The position numbers and the translations under genes were made by a program. Below are positions 27,573 through 39,520 of a stretch of 64,000 nt of DNA, one piece after another. The notes beneath the pieces are model-generated. The model was not told the DNA's origin, did no database searches, and was given only the letters and a program-made list of their open reading frames with translations. The number at the start of each line of letters is the position of its first letter. Positions within the stretch are counted from its first letter, which is position 1. This DNA is from Camelus dromedarius (Eukaryota): positions 35,652,001 through 35,716,000 of the forward strand of contig NC_087447.1 in assembly GCF_036321535.1 (NCBI RefSeq), in the 5' to 3' direction.

Positions 27573-30500
27573 CAGGACTGGGTCCAGGGTCTGTGAGGCC
27601 TGTAGTTTGGACATTGAGGGGGAGGGCCACACTTTAAAAAGGAAGAATAGAAAGTTGGGTACAAAAGTCAATATTTATTTAGACTTAGAAAAGAAATCAG
27701 GACCAAATGTAAATTTTAGAAAGCTGACAAATAGTAAAAACGTTTTTAAAAATCCAAAAAGTTTAATATTTTTATTAACTGCCTGACACAACTTGCATAA
27801 TACTTTTAAATACGTTATATTTACTTGGAAGCAATCATGATGTCAACAAAAACAGTTCTAACTTTTTTTTTGCAATTACAGAATGATGTTCCATTCACAA
27901 AACCACATTTGTTTTATTAAAGCGGTATCAAATATGAATGAAAATTAAAAAAATCATCCTCCTCCCCTGTAACTATTTTTTCTGTGCTAACAAGAACCTG
28001 CTTGACATTTGCATGTCACTTCACAGCTCCCATATTTTACCAGGCAAGGTTTATGGCCACTAGAAACACCACCAGGACAGAGCTATTTAAAGATACATTC
28101 ATGAAATTCAGGGAACCCAGAGTGGCTGAAATAATCTTGAAGAACAACAAAGTTGGAGGACTCATATTTCCCCATTTCAAAACTTATGACAAAGCTCCAG
28201 TGATCAGACTGTGTGGTACTGGCGTAAGGATAGACACACAGACCAACGGAATAGAATTGTGAGTCCAGAAATAAACCCACACATTTACAGTCAATTAATT
28301 TTTGCCAAAGGGGCCAAGACAATTCAGTGGGGGAAGAGTAGTCTTTTCAACCAATAGCGCTGGGACAACTGGGTATCTACACACAAAGCAATGACATTGG
28401 ATCCCTTCTTCACACCATTTAGAGAAATCAACTAAAACTGGATCAAATACCTAAAGATAGGAGTTAAAACTGTAAAATTCTTGCTTGGATTAGGTCATGG
28501 TTTCTTAGATATGATGCCAAAAACACAAGAAGCAAAATAAAAATATAGATAAATTGGACTCCAAAAACAACAAAAAACTTGTGCTTCACAGGACAACATC
28601 AAGAAAGTGAAAAGACAACCCATAGAATGAGAGAAAATATTTGCAATCATATATAGGATAAGGGTCTAGTATCTAGAAGATGTAAAGAACTCTCATAACT
28701 CAACAGTAAAAAGACAAACAATACCATTTTAAAGTGGACATAGGATTTGAATACACATTTCTCCAAAGAAGATTTACAAATGGCCAATAAGCACACAAAG
28801 AGATGCTAACGTCATTAGTCGTTAGGAAAATGCAAATCAAAACCACAATGAGATACACTTCACACCCACTAGGATGGCTAAAATAAAAAGACGAACAATA
28901 AAAATGCTGTCGAGGATGCAGAGAAATTGGAAACCTCGTAAGTTGCTGATGGGAATGTAAAATGGTGCAGCTGCTTTGGGGAAGACTTTGGCAGTTCCTC
29001 AAAAATTTAAACAGAGTCGTGACATACCCAGCAATTTCACTTTTACGTACATCCCTAAGAGAATTAAAACCATATGTTTACACAAAAAGTCGTACATGAA
29101 TGTTCATAACAACATTATTCATAATAGCCACAAAAAATAGAAACAAGCCAAATATCTATCACCTGATGAACTGATAAACAAAATGTAATGTATCCATACA
29201 ATAGAATAGCATTCAGCTATAAAAAGGAACGAAGCACTGTTACGTGCTACAACATAGATGAACCTTGAGAACATTATGCTAAGTAAAGGAAGCCAGACAC
29301 AAAAAGCCACATAATGTGTGATTCTGTTCATATGGAATGTTCAGAACAGGCAAGTCCATAGACACAGAAAACAGCAGAGTAGTTGCCTGGGGCTAGGGGG
29401 AGGAAGGAGAGTGGGGAGTGACTGGTAAGGGGTACGGGTTTCTTCTCGGAACAAGGGAAATGTTCTGTTAATTAGGTAGTGGTGATAGCTGTACAAAGTT
29501 GTGAATATAGTACAAATCACCCAATTGGACAATTAAAAAGTGTGAACTTTATGGTATGTAAATTATAACTCAATTTTTAAAATTGGAAAAAGTAAAAGAA
29601 GAATCAGTAAACCAGGAGGCTATAAATAATTTACTTAGGCTAAGAAAAACCTGTTTGTCAGGGTTCCAGCTCCCTTATCTGTAAAAGTCCTATTTTGTTA
29701 TGTTTTTCTTACTCTGAAATGCTTTAGACGAATTACTAAAGAATTTCAGAACTGGGACATACTTTTAAATTTACTAATTCACTACTCAGAGAGAAAGCCC
29801 ATGTCTAGAAGTGTTCAGTCACATTCCCAAGGTCTCCCAAGCTGGTCGGTGGCACAGCCGGGCCTGGATACCAGGAATTATGTGGCCATTGACGTCACCT
29901 GGTCTCGCTGCCTGCCTGCAACCGGGAAAGTTCTATATGAATTAAAACCCACTGTTAAATGTTATCTGAAAAAAAAAAAAGTTAACTACAAAAATGACCT
30001 TGTATGGTATAAAAATGAATATGACACAGCCTTGCATTTTAATTTCTTTCCTTTAATCCTTACTAGTGAGTTGGGTGCAGAGGATTGAAGTGTTTTACAG
30101 TGAGAAAAAACTGAGCTAGAACCAACTTGCTCTCCCTGTCATTAGCACCATCAGCATTTTTGTCTTTAACTCCCTCACCTCCTCCTCCTTTCTGCCTTCC
30201 TCCTTGAGCTCCTTTTTCTTGCCTTTTTCAGTCTTGCCCTCTCCTTTCCACCTACATCAGGCTGCGTATTCTTTAACTGCCTCGTCATGTGATTCTAGAG
30301 TATCATTCTATATCATATAATATCATTCTATAATATCATACAGAGAATTGAGAGCTAATTCATATAATTCAGTCTTTCCTTCAACCTGGTTGAGCAAAAC
30401 TTGTTTGATATCATTGATGATCTAGGGAAGATTTTGTGAGGCTCACCACTCTCTTGGAAATGTCGACTGGAAATTGTACTGAAAATGCACAGCTGTAAGA

Positions 30501-31147
30501 TTGTTGTCAAATTTGGGGGCACTCCATCAAGTTTCTTTCATCTGTGGACTATAAGAGTTCAAGAGTATTTTAAGTTTTCCTGCGTGGTGATTCATTTTAA
30601 ATGCTTTTAAATTGGCAGGGTTCATTTTAAAAGTTTGTTGATGTCAAGGTCTTGTGATAGTGGCATATTATAAATTTTATTCTTTGTTGATGTCAGTATT
30701 ATGTGTTAGATCAGCAAAAAATTTTAATCTTTTCCCCAGTGTGTTCATATAATTCACTACTTCTTTGTTTAGATTATCAAGCAATACAGGAGTCTTTTCA
30801 ATAATTCCATTCAAAAGTAAGTCTTTGTTTTAGTAAACTACTTTTTGGTATGATCGAAATATGTTTGGCAGGATACAATTGTCTTCTCAATATCAGAATC
30901 ATTGTAAATGATTTCACTGTTCATCACTATTGCTTCTGTTTTATCTTTCATTTACTTAAAATACATTCCACTAAACCCAAACAAAATGTTTACCTTTCGA
31001 GAGGACCCTAACATGCCCATAAATGCCACCCAACACAAGGGGGAAGTCAGAATAGAGACAAGGGCCATAATCAGTTTGCTAAAATATTTTATTTGGGAGA
31101 GGACCTGAAGCTTAAACTTCATTGGCTTCAAGGTACACCAGCCTCTG
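27573..31147. mobile_element. hAT-Tip100 (Arthur1-like) DNA transposon relic with transposase remnant, interrupted by an L1
   Basis: Left end caggactgggtccagggtctgtgaggcctg; right end gaagcttaaacttcattggcttcaaggtacaccagcctctg. Minus strand 30340-30520 gives PNLTTILQL and IFPRSSMISNKFCSTRLKERLNY..LSIL, resembling the hAT dimerisation domain. Confidence 0.65.
28085..29600 (+). mobile_element. 5'-truncated L1 (L1MB-like): ORF2 3' end and 3'UTR
   Basis: Degenerate ORF2 ([21 protein letters not shown]...), gaaaatgcaaatcaaaaccacaatgagatac, A-rich end. Confidence 0.9.
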
Positions 31148-31974
31148 ATTATTGTATGCTCTGGGGACACATGTGCTGTAGTGTAAGCACATGTGTGGGG
31201 ACACGCATATGTCTCTATGGAGAGCATGACCCAGTGTGTCCTCAGACCCAGCCCAGGTGAAAATGGCCCCAAGAACAGAGATGTTTCATCTACACTGCAA
31301 ATGGAGTTGGGTTCAGCTAAATTCCCCCTCTTACCCACCCCCACCAGGGGACTGAGATGAAGGACAGGCCAGGAGGGAACCTCAAATCCCATCATCCACC
31401 AGGTGATCCTGTCTCCCTCCTGACTTTCTCTCCTTCCTCTCTCCTGACTTCCTCTGCACGGGCTATGGGGCCAGGCAGCTAAGAGTGCAGTTTCTGGAGC
31501 CTCCTTGCCTGGGTTCAAATCCTGCCTCATGATCTAAGCTGGTCCAGTTAGAGTTCTTCTCTGGGAATTTTCTAACTGGAGTTAAACGGTGAGATCTGAG
31601 GTAACCCCTGAGTTGCTGGAGAAAACCAGTATGGACCAGGAGAGAGTGAAGGCAAGTAGAGGCAAGGAGGGGGGTGTGTGGAAGAGTAAGAGGGGCTCCA
31701 ATCTGGGCTTTCAAGGCCCGTGGGAGCTGTGGTGCTTATAGCTCTACGTCCATGTGTGAACTGCCCTGTGTCCTTCCAACGCCCAACCTGTGGGGCTTAA
31801 CCTAGTTTGAACTGGGTTTCTGTCACTTGTAACTGGACCTGTCCTGGACTAAATCTGCCCATGCCTGCTTCTTCACCTAAGGTCTCTATCTCTGTAAAGG
31901 CGCCACTATCCACTCTGAAGCAAACCAGAGCCTGAAGTCATCCTTGGCTCCTCCTTTTCCCTCCCTTCCTTAGG

Positions 31975-32160
31975 GCCTCCATACACAAGGCTCTGTGAAC
32001 AGTTGTGTAGGTTGTTCACTTAACAAGTGCACCTGGCCGAGGAGGTGAGTGGAGGCTGAAATCTAGCCTGCTCTCTGTTTGCCTAGCCATGAACCCTGGT
32101 GCAGAGCAGTGTCCTTGGGAAAGAAGGAACATCTTTTTCTAATTCCCACTATCTCCCTAT
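31975..32160. mobile_element. MER91-like hAT MITE
   Basis: cagttgtgtaggttgttcact...cacctggccgaggaggtgagtggaggctgaaatctagcc. Confidence 0.55.
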
Positions 32161-32622
32161 CGACTACTGGGGCCTTCTTCATAGATGCGATTGTTTCCCT
32201 CAGTGCAGAATTCATGAAGGCACAGGAATAAAGACAGTTGTGCCAGATCAAGTGTAGGTGTTGACAGTACAAAGAATTCATGAATGAGCCCCAACAGGTA
32301 TCAAAGACACATCCGGGGAAGCAGCCAGAAGAAAAGGTGAGGATCATTAGTAACAGAGCTCACCAGGGGCCCTACATTGGGGAGAGCAGAGAGCAGATCT
32401 TCTGCCCTTCTTTCTGGCATTACATCTTGCCTGCATGCCCCAGGCCCTCTCCACACCTGGCCCTCTTTGGTGAGAAGAGCCCTTGAAAGTTGGCCTGTAG
32501 GATTTTCAGGAAAAAAGGGTCTGAGGGTGGGATTTAGGAGGCACTGAGATCCTGGTGACCGGTGTATGTGAATTAGGGGCTGGGGTTGGGCAGAACTTTG
32601 CCAGGCCATCCAGAAGAGCCTC

Positions 32623-32675
32623 TGTGTGTGTGTGTGTGTGTGTGTGTATCTCCCCTGTGTGTATGTGTGTGTGTG
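32623..32675. repeat. Interrupted (TG)n
   Basis: Direct read. Confidence 0.9.
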
Positions 32676-33189
32676 GGGGGGAGCCTATGGCATTGTGCAT
32701 ATGTTGTCTTCTTTTGTTTCTCAAGACACAGTTCAAATGGCATCTCTTCCAGGAAGTCCTCCCCAGCACCCTAGCTAGATCAATGGCCCCTCCTTTGCTC
32801 TTAGGGTGTTTATAGCCTGATAAGAGCACTCACGCCACCTGTGATGATGCAGGTTTGCACGTGCCTGTCTCCTTGCAGGCTCTGGCTCTTGTCTTCTTAT
32901 GAGATCTCAGTGCCAGGATGTTGTAGGTGCTGGGTTATTTAGAGTAGATGTGTCTGTTCCTGTCTGGCCTTCTATGCCATCCCTTTGTGATTGCACCTAT
33001 CACTGAGAGCCTGAAGTACCATGCAGCTTACAATGCCACTTCACACTCATTTAGTTTTTCTTCATAATGCTGTGAGTCCCTTATCACATCCTCTATGCCT
33101 ATGAGAATTCTGAGTGGCACTTGGGGGACATGACTTTTCAGTGATCCTTCTGGACACCATACCTAGCTTCACTTTGTGTGTATGGAGGG

Positions 33190-33380
33190 GCGTGATTCGC
33201 AACCATGTTCACACTTCAGATTAAACCTGGGGAGCTTTTGAAAAATTCCAGTACCTGGCCGGGGTTATCTGGGGCAGATGCATTAAATCAGAATCTCTGG
33301 GTGGCAGGGGCCAGGCATGGATTTTTTTCTTTTAACTACTCAGATCGTTGTAATAGCCATCCTGACACGAGAACCACCGA
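33190..33380. mobile_element. MER5-family MITE
   Basis: cctggggagcttttgaaaaattcc...aaatcagaatctctgggtggcaggggccaggcat...gagaaccac. Confidence 0.6.
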
Positions 33381-33584
33381 CCGGTATGTGGTGACGTATC
33401 TCACAGTCAGAGGAACTTCCTCACATAATGGAAACGTATGCACTCCTCCCTTCTGCAGGCCCCAGGCTTCCTCCTTCCAATCCGTCTGCCGCCTACAGGG
33501 GTCGCTGCGGTACAGCTGGCCTCGTTTGCGGATTTTTCTCCGGGTCAAAATCCTGCCCCCAACCCCAGCGAAAGCCGGAGCCAC

Positions 33585-34272
33585 AGCAGTATAAATTAGC
33601 GTCTTTATTTCGAACACCTGAGCGAGGGCTCGCTCATCTGCTGTATAAACATACAAATTCCCTGTCGCACAGCACACCATGCCTCAGAGATAAATATAGC
33701 CCTAGGGGCTCCTGCTCTGGCAAAGCAACTCTTATTTACAGGAATAGATTACAAAAGTATTATAAAAAGTGGTCCTGAACCGGGGGAGCGGGTGGGAGTG
33801 GTTACCGTTACACCGGCTATACTTGGGAAGGGAGCGTACCCCGTGGGCAGTGGGACAGAGCCTACGTCTAGAGCGGCCACGCCCCTTTAAGCTTCGGGGA
33901 GTCGGGGTTGGGGGGCGCTTAGGTCTTCAAGGTTCCACCCCCCATGGGAGAGGGGGCGAGGAAGAGCAAGGGCCTAGGCCCTCTCTGGCCCACGGAGTAA
34001 CATCAAACGGCCATCGCAGTGGGTCTCAGGGAAGGGTGCTGCGTGGGAAAAAAAAAAAAAAAAAAAAAGGACCATGTCCTTGCCCTGGGCTGCGGGAGGC
34101 GGAAACACCTATCAGTTCTCCCGCCTCTCCTACCTCGGGAGGGGTCGCTTTTAAAGCGCTGTTGGGAGGGGAGTTGTCATTTAAGCTCAATCTTTTGGGC
34201 GCGAGGGACCCTAGGGGCACCATCCCTTGGGCCGTTGGGCAGCGGCGCCCTCCGATGCGGCCGCCCAACCTC
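33585..34272 (-). other. MYOD1: MYOD1 3'UTR
   Basis: Runs from the TGA to about 20 nt past AATAAA; exact cleavage site inferred. Confidence 0.85.
33604..33609 (-). terminator. MYOD1: MYOD1 polyadenylation signal AATAAA
   Basis: tttatt on + strand at the end of the AU-rich distal 3'UTR. Confidence 0.85.
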
Positions 34273-34523
34273 TCAGAGCACCTGGTAGACTGGGTTGGAG
34301 TTCGCGCCCACGGGGCAAGGTGGGGCGGCGTCCGGGGAGGGGGTGGGCGTGCCGCGCTCCACCTCGCTCCCGGCAGCCGCCTCTTGCCGGCCCGGAGACG
34401 ACTCCGGCGGCACGTCAGCCAGCAGAAGCGTCGGTGCGGAGGGGCTCTCGGTGGAGATGCGCTCCACGATGCTGGACAGGCAGTCGAGGCTCGACACCGC
34501 AGCACTCTTCCCGGGCCGGGGTT
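34273..34523 (-). CDS. MYOD1: MYOD1 exon 3 CDS (helix III, C-terminus, stop)
   Basis: Acceptor cgcag|AA; (E)PRPGKSAAVSSLDCLSSIVERIST...NPVYQVL*. Exon sum 630+79+251=960 nt = 319 aa plus stop. Confidence 0.97.
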
Positions 34524-34791
34524 CTGCGCAGGGAGGGGTAGGTTAGTATAAAGCGGGTGGAGCCGCGGACAAGGCTTCCACGTCTGGGCTCAGAGCTTTG
34601 GGGCAGACGGGAAACAGTGCTAGCCAGAATTCTGGGGGATCCCGCGAAATTTCAGGGCTTAAAAGGAGGGAACTACATGCTTAATATTTCATTCCCTGTA
34701 CCATCTCCCAGGATGAGGGCAAGGAGGTCCTAGATAAAGAGAAGTCGGGACAGTTCAAAACGGAACGTGGGAAGGAGGCGCGAATACGCAC

Positions 34792-34870
34792 CGCTGGGCG
34801 CCTCGCTGTAGTAGGTGCCGTCGTAGCAGTTCCGCCGCCGGGCACCGCTCGGGGGGCCGCTGTAGTCCAT
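34792..34870 (-). CDS. MYOD1: MYOD1 exon 2 (79 nt)
   Basis: Acceptor tttgcag|ATG; encodes MDYSGPPSGARRRNCYDGTYYSEAPS; phase-1 donor GCG|GTGCGT. Confidence 0.96.
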
Positions 34871-35349
34871 CTGCAAACGGCAAGGGCGACCAAATCAGGC
34901 CTGGGAACCGCTCGGGGCCAGAGCATCACTCCCTGTAATCGCCCCCTCCCGAACTCCCCAAGTCTCAGCCACAAGTTCCTGGCCCGGGTCAGTCCCGGTT
35001 GGGAATAAGAGTGGGCAGGAGCTGTCTGCACCTGGGACAAATAGAGGGCAGACAGTCACCTACGAGCACAAATCTGCATTTTGGAAATAGGGATAAGCGG
35101 AGAAAAGCAGATCTTCATGCTGGCTCAGTGGTGTTCTAATACAGCGCCCTGAGTCGGGTGGATCGCATCCGTCCTGTGCGCCCCCAAAGCACTAAGCCAC
35201 TCCAAGGACTGCTGCCTGGGCACCGGGGTTCACCCCCAGGAAGCTTCCCCAACCAACCTCCCACGGGAGGGTCAGCTCCCCGCCGTCGGAAACATTCCAG
35301 GCATACCAAGGGCTGCCCTCACTTCTCTAGCCCAGGGTCCTGGCCTTAC

Positions 35350-35979
35350 CATGCCGTCGGAGCAGTTGGAGCGCGGGCTGGACGCATCAGAGTCGCCGCT
35401 GTAATGCTCCCCGCCGCGGCCTGGGGGCAGCGGGCCAGGCGCGTAAAAGGCAGCTGTGGGGCCAGGGGGCGCGGCGTCCTGGTCGCGAAGCAGCGCCTGC
35501 AGGCCCTCGATATAACGGATGGCATTGCGCAGGATCTCCACTTTGGGCAGCCGCTGGTTCGGGTTGCTAGACGTGCAGCGCTTGAGCGTCTCAAAGGCCT
35601 CGTTGACTTTGCTCAGGCGGCGCCGCTCGCGCATGGTGGCTGCCTTGCGGCGGTCAGCGTTAGTGGTCTTGCGCTTGCACGCCTTGCAGGCCCACAGTAG
35701 ACAGCGACCCGCCTGGTGGTGCCCGCTGGGCGCGCGCACATGCTCGTCCTCTCTAGCGCCTGGAGCCGAGAGTGCGGCCGCAGGGAAGTGAGAGTGTTCC
35801 TCTGGCTTCAGGAGCGCGCCCACGTGCACGAGGCGCGGGTCCAGGTCCTCGAAGAAGCGCAGGTCCGGGGAGTCAAAACACGGGTCATCATAGAAGTCAT
35901 CCGCTGTTGCAAAATTGCAGAGAGAGCTGTCGGGGCCCGTCAAGTCTACATCGCGGAGCGGCGGCGACAGCAGCTCCAT
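35350..35979 (-). CDS. MYOD1: Myoblast determination protein 1, exon 1 CDS (210 codons; activation domain, His/Cys region, bHLH)
   Basis: [13 protein letters not shown]...[43 protein letters not shown]...[22 protein letters not shown]...[10 protein letters not shown]. Donor ATG|GTAAGG at 35349. Confidence 0.99.
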
Positions 35980-36177
35980 ATCCCCGCGGGGGGCGGCGCA
36001 GTCCTGGCTTTGCGGCAGGGGTTGCCAGAGACTTTCTGCGGATCCGGGGCCCCGGCAGTGCGATAGCAAAGTACTGGGGGTCTGAATGTACACCAGCTGT
36101 CCCCAGCCCTGCCCTGTCTTGTCCCGCCTGACAGACGGCAAGGAGAGCCGCGGCAGCGCCCTGGGGCTTCCCCACCC

Positions 36178-36450
36178 CTACCCTCACGCCAGGATCCCGG
36201 GGCTATTTATCCGGTAGTAGCCTAAGGGCCCCCGAGCGGGAGCGGGCGGCTAGGGGCGGGGGCCCCCGAGGCCAATAGGAATAGAGCGGGGAGGAGCTTG
36301 GGATCCCCACGGTGGCCGCAGGGGCAAGAGACTGGCCAGCCCCCTACCCCTGGACACTCACGCGTGCACACTCCGGCCCCTCCCCAGGCAGGGAGGAAGG
36401 CAGAGGCTGGCAGTCCAAGCTTTACTTGGCTCCCAGCACTCTTTTCAAAC
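36178..36450 (-). promoter_or_regulatory. MYOD1: MYOD1 proximal promoter: ATAAATA TATA-like box (36204-36210), GC box (about 36253-36261), inverted CCAAT (36272-36276)
   Basis: Motifs read directly, about 225-300 nt upstream of the ATG; layout fits the known MyoD proximal regulatory region. Confidence 0.85.
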
Positions 36451-37919
36451 CTCTCCAGCACTGGACTCCTCCTCTGTATGGGGGAAACGCAGGCTGCACG
36501 CTCTTAACTTCTGAGCTGCCTTTGGGGTCCCCTCATTCCGCTAATTCGTGGGGCACCCAGGAGCAGAACAGGAGCAGAAATCGGATCGAGAGACATTTGG
36601 AGAGAGACACATGGCAATGGGGCCGAGACACCCTTAGACCTGAGATAGTGGGACTGTGAGAGATAAACCCAAGAGGCTGAGGCATTCAGAGAGCAGAAAG
36701 CTAGAGAGCCAGAGGCAGAGAAACAAGAAATGAGAGATTAGCTCAGAGAGTCTAAGTGAGGGAACCTGAGACTGAACGTGGTGGTCATGTCCCTCGGCCA
36801 GTTCCTGACCCTGGGAGTCACTCAGAGAGAGGGTGGCAGATCCACCCTTCTTCATTGGATGCTTAGAAACCCAACTGCATCTATATAGAAATCATGATTG
36901 CTGCTAAAGTTTGGTGCCAGTCTCTCCAAACTCAAGTCCTGCCCCAGCCTGGAGGGAGGGAAGCAAATTCCTGCCCATCTTAACCTGCACGTTTCTGCAG
37001 CTGGGTAACCAGTGCCCATTCTAGGCCAGAGATGTCTCTTCTGCTGGGAAGGAAACTCCACCTCCTGGGAACTTGCCTCCACCTTGTGCGCCAGTGAAGT
37101 TCATAGTGCAATGGCCCTGAACGCCTAGAAGGCCTGAGAACCTCACTTTCTGGTGGAGCTTTTGAGAGTGAGGTGTGTAGACCAGTAACCTAGACCCTAC
37201 AGTTTCCTGTGTGATTTTGTGGAAGCCACATCTCTTTCTGAACCTCAGTTTCCCCACTTTGTACATTTGGAGATAATAATAGTGCTCTCTTAGAGTGATT
37301 GTGGTGGTGGTGAGAATCTAAAGAGACTAAAGATGTGGAAGCCTTCAGTCCAAGGTACAACGCTATACCAACAAGAGGGCTTGCTTCTGTCACTGGCACC
37401 AGCTGGACAGCTGGAAGGGGTGCTTCCTGCAGCCTTCCTGGCTCCTGGCAATGAGCCTTGACAGGGGCCCATGTAGTCTCAGGGCTGGGCTCCTGTGAAG
37501 GCCTCAGCTGCATTTCTTCCCAGCAGGCCCACTGGAGAGACTGGGAATAGAAGGAGGAGGCAGCAACCCCATGGGACTCTGGCACCCTCACAAGGTCTGG
37601 GATACCCCCACCCCTATAGCAGCCTCTGCCTGAATCTGCAGTCCACACCTTCCTCTCAGCACTCAGGCTAGAGATCTCCCTTGGACCAGACATGCCTACC
37701 AGGGTCTCTTCTCCTGGAGCCCACAGATATACGCAAGAGTGACCTCTGTGCCTTTCCCACTAACTTCGGGAAGCTGTCCTAACTGGCCCTTGGGGCCCAA
37801 AGGGCTTCTTCCTTCCATTCTCTTTTGGAGCCCTGCCTTCTTTACTTCTCTGACACTTGTAGTAGTGCTGAAGGTCCCCCTTTAGGAATTTCTCACCTCC
37901 CTTCACTCCATAGCACCAC

Positions 37920-38815
37920 TTTCATTTATTCATTCAACACATATTACGGAGTCTCCACTATGTGCCAAATACTAGTCTAGGTGTTGGGGATGCAGCAATG
38001 AACAAAACCAAGGCCCTGCTCTCATGGTGCTTACATTGTTGTGTGATAGATTATAAGCAAGCAAGGAAGCATATCATGTCAGGAGGTTATAAGTTTGTAT
38101 GAAGAAAAATAAGCAAGGGAAGGGAACAAAGTGATGATTATTTCATTACTTGGTCAGGGAAGACCTCTCTGTCCTGATTCCATTTGAGCAGAAACCAGGA
38201 TGATGGGAGAGCAGAAGCAGATAGCTGGAGCCAGATGAAGGGAAGAGCATGTGCAAAGGTCCCGGGGCAGGACTATTTGTCAGATTTCAGGTACAGCAAG
38301 GAAGCTGGTATGTCTGGAACAGAATGAGCAAGTGGGAGAGTGGTGAGAGATTGGGTCAGGGAGGGAGCAAAGGATTTGTATTCTTAGATGGAAAGCCACA
38401 GGAGGGCTTGAGCAAAAGAGAAGAATGTCACCATCTGATAAACATTTTAATAAGAGAGTGCTGGTTATGGAGAGCAAGGGCACAGAAGGGAGACCAATTA
38501 GGAGGCTATTAAAATAATCCATGTGAGTGATGGCTTAGATCTGGGTGGCAGCAGTGGAGATGGTGAAAAGTGGTTGGGTTCCAGATATGTTTTGAAGATG
38601 GAACTCCCAAGGTTTATTCATGATTGGATGTGGGCAAGGAAACAAAAGAGGAATTAAGGATGACTCCTGGAAGAATGGAGTTGGGGAAGAGCAGGTTTGT
38701 GGGTGGCAGATCCGGAGTCCAGGTTGGTGCAAAATTTGAAATGCATTTTCAACATCCAGGTGGAGTGGTCGAGTAGGCAGGGGGGTTATGAGGGTGCAGT
38801 TCCAAAGGGCATGTG
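37920..38815 (-). mobile_element. L2 fragment
   Basis: ttcatttattcattcaac...actatgtgcca...gaggaattaaggatgactcctg. Confidence 0.75.
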
Positions 38816-38849
38816 GAAGTCGTCCATTCAACTTCTAAGACATCTCTTG

Positions 38850-39520
38850 GGTCTCTCCAGCCACTGTCACCATCCTGGACTATACTGCCACATTGCTGCG
38901 CTGGATGCCCACCAAAGACCCCCGGTCCCTCTCCTCACTTCCACTCTTGCCTGCATAGAATCCATTCACTACACAGCAGTTTGAGTGATCCTTTAAACAT
39001 GCAAGTGGGATTATATTCCTCTTCTGCTTCAAACTCCCTTACAGTTTCTTGTTGTATTTAGAATAAAATCTCATTTCCTCTTTCTGGCCTATCAGGCCCT
39101 CATGAGCTGGTCTCAGCCCATCTCTGCAGTTTCGTCTGAAACCATCACCCCCTTCAATCATTCCATGCTAGTCTGACTTCCTTCCCTGTCTTCTGACACT
39201 CTGAGCACGGTCCTGCCTCAGTGTCTGGTAATTGCTGCTTCTCTGCTGGGCTCTTCCTAAGGCTGGCTGCTTTTCTTATCAGGTCTCAGCTCAAACCTTG
39301 CCTCTTTGGGATGTCTCTGACCATCCTCTCTATGGTAGCTGGTCACACTCCCCAGCTCATTTCCTTCTTAACACAATCACTCTTTAATTATCTTCTTTAT
39401 TAGTTTGTTCACTGATTGACGTAGCCCCAAGAAGTCAGGGGTGCTTTGTTCACCATGGCATTTCTGGAAAAACCATCACAGTGACCATCACGTAGTAGGA
39501 ACTTGATAAATACCAAATGA
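38850..39520 (+). mobile_element. L2 fragment, opposite orientation to its neighbour
   Basis: tccattcactacacagcag...tgatcctttaaacatgcaagt...gtagtaggaacttgataaata. Confidence 0.65.

Larger units (their letters stand above)
34100..36400. promoter_or_regulatory. MYOD1: MYOD1 CpG island over promoter and gene body
   Basis: High CpG density across the exons and promoter. Confidence 0.8.

Noticed and set aside
33769..36131. Antisense ORFs (260 aa, 180 aa and others) over MYOD1
   Set aside because: Shadow ORFs of a GC-rich coding region.
37920..39520. Head-to-head L2 pair as a long hairpin
   Set aside because: Copies are too diverged for stable pairing, and the arrangement is common.
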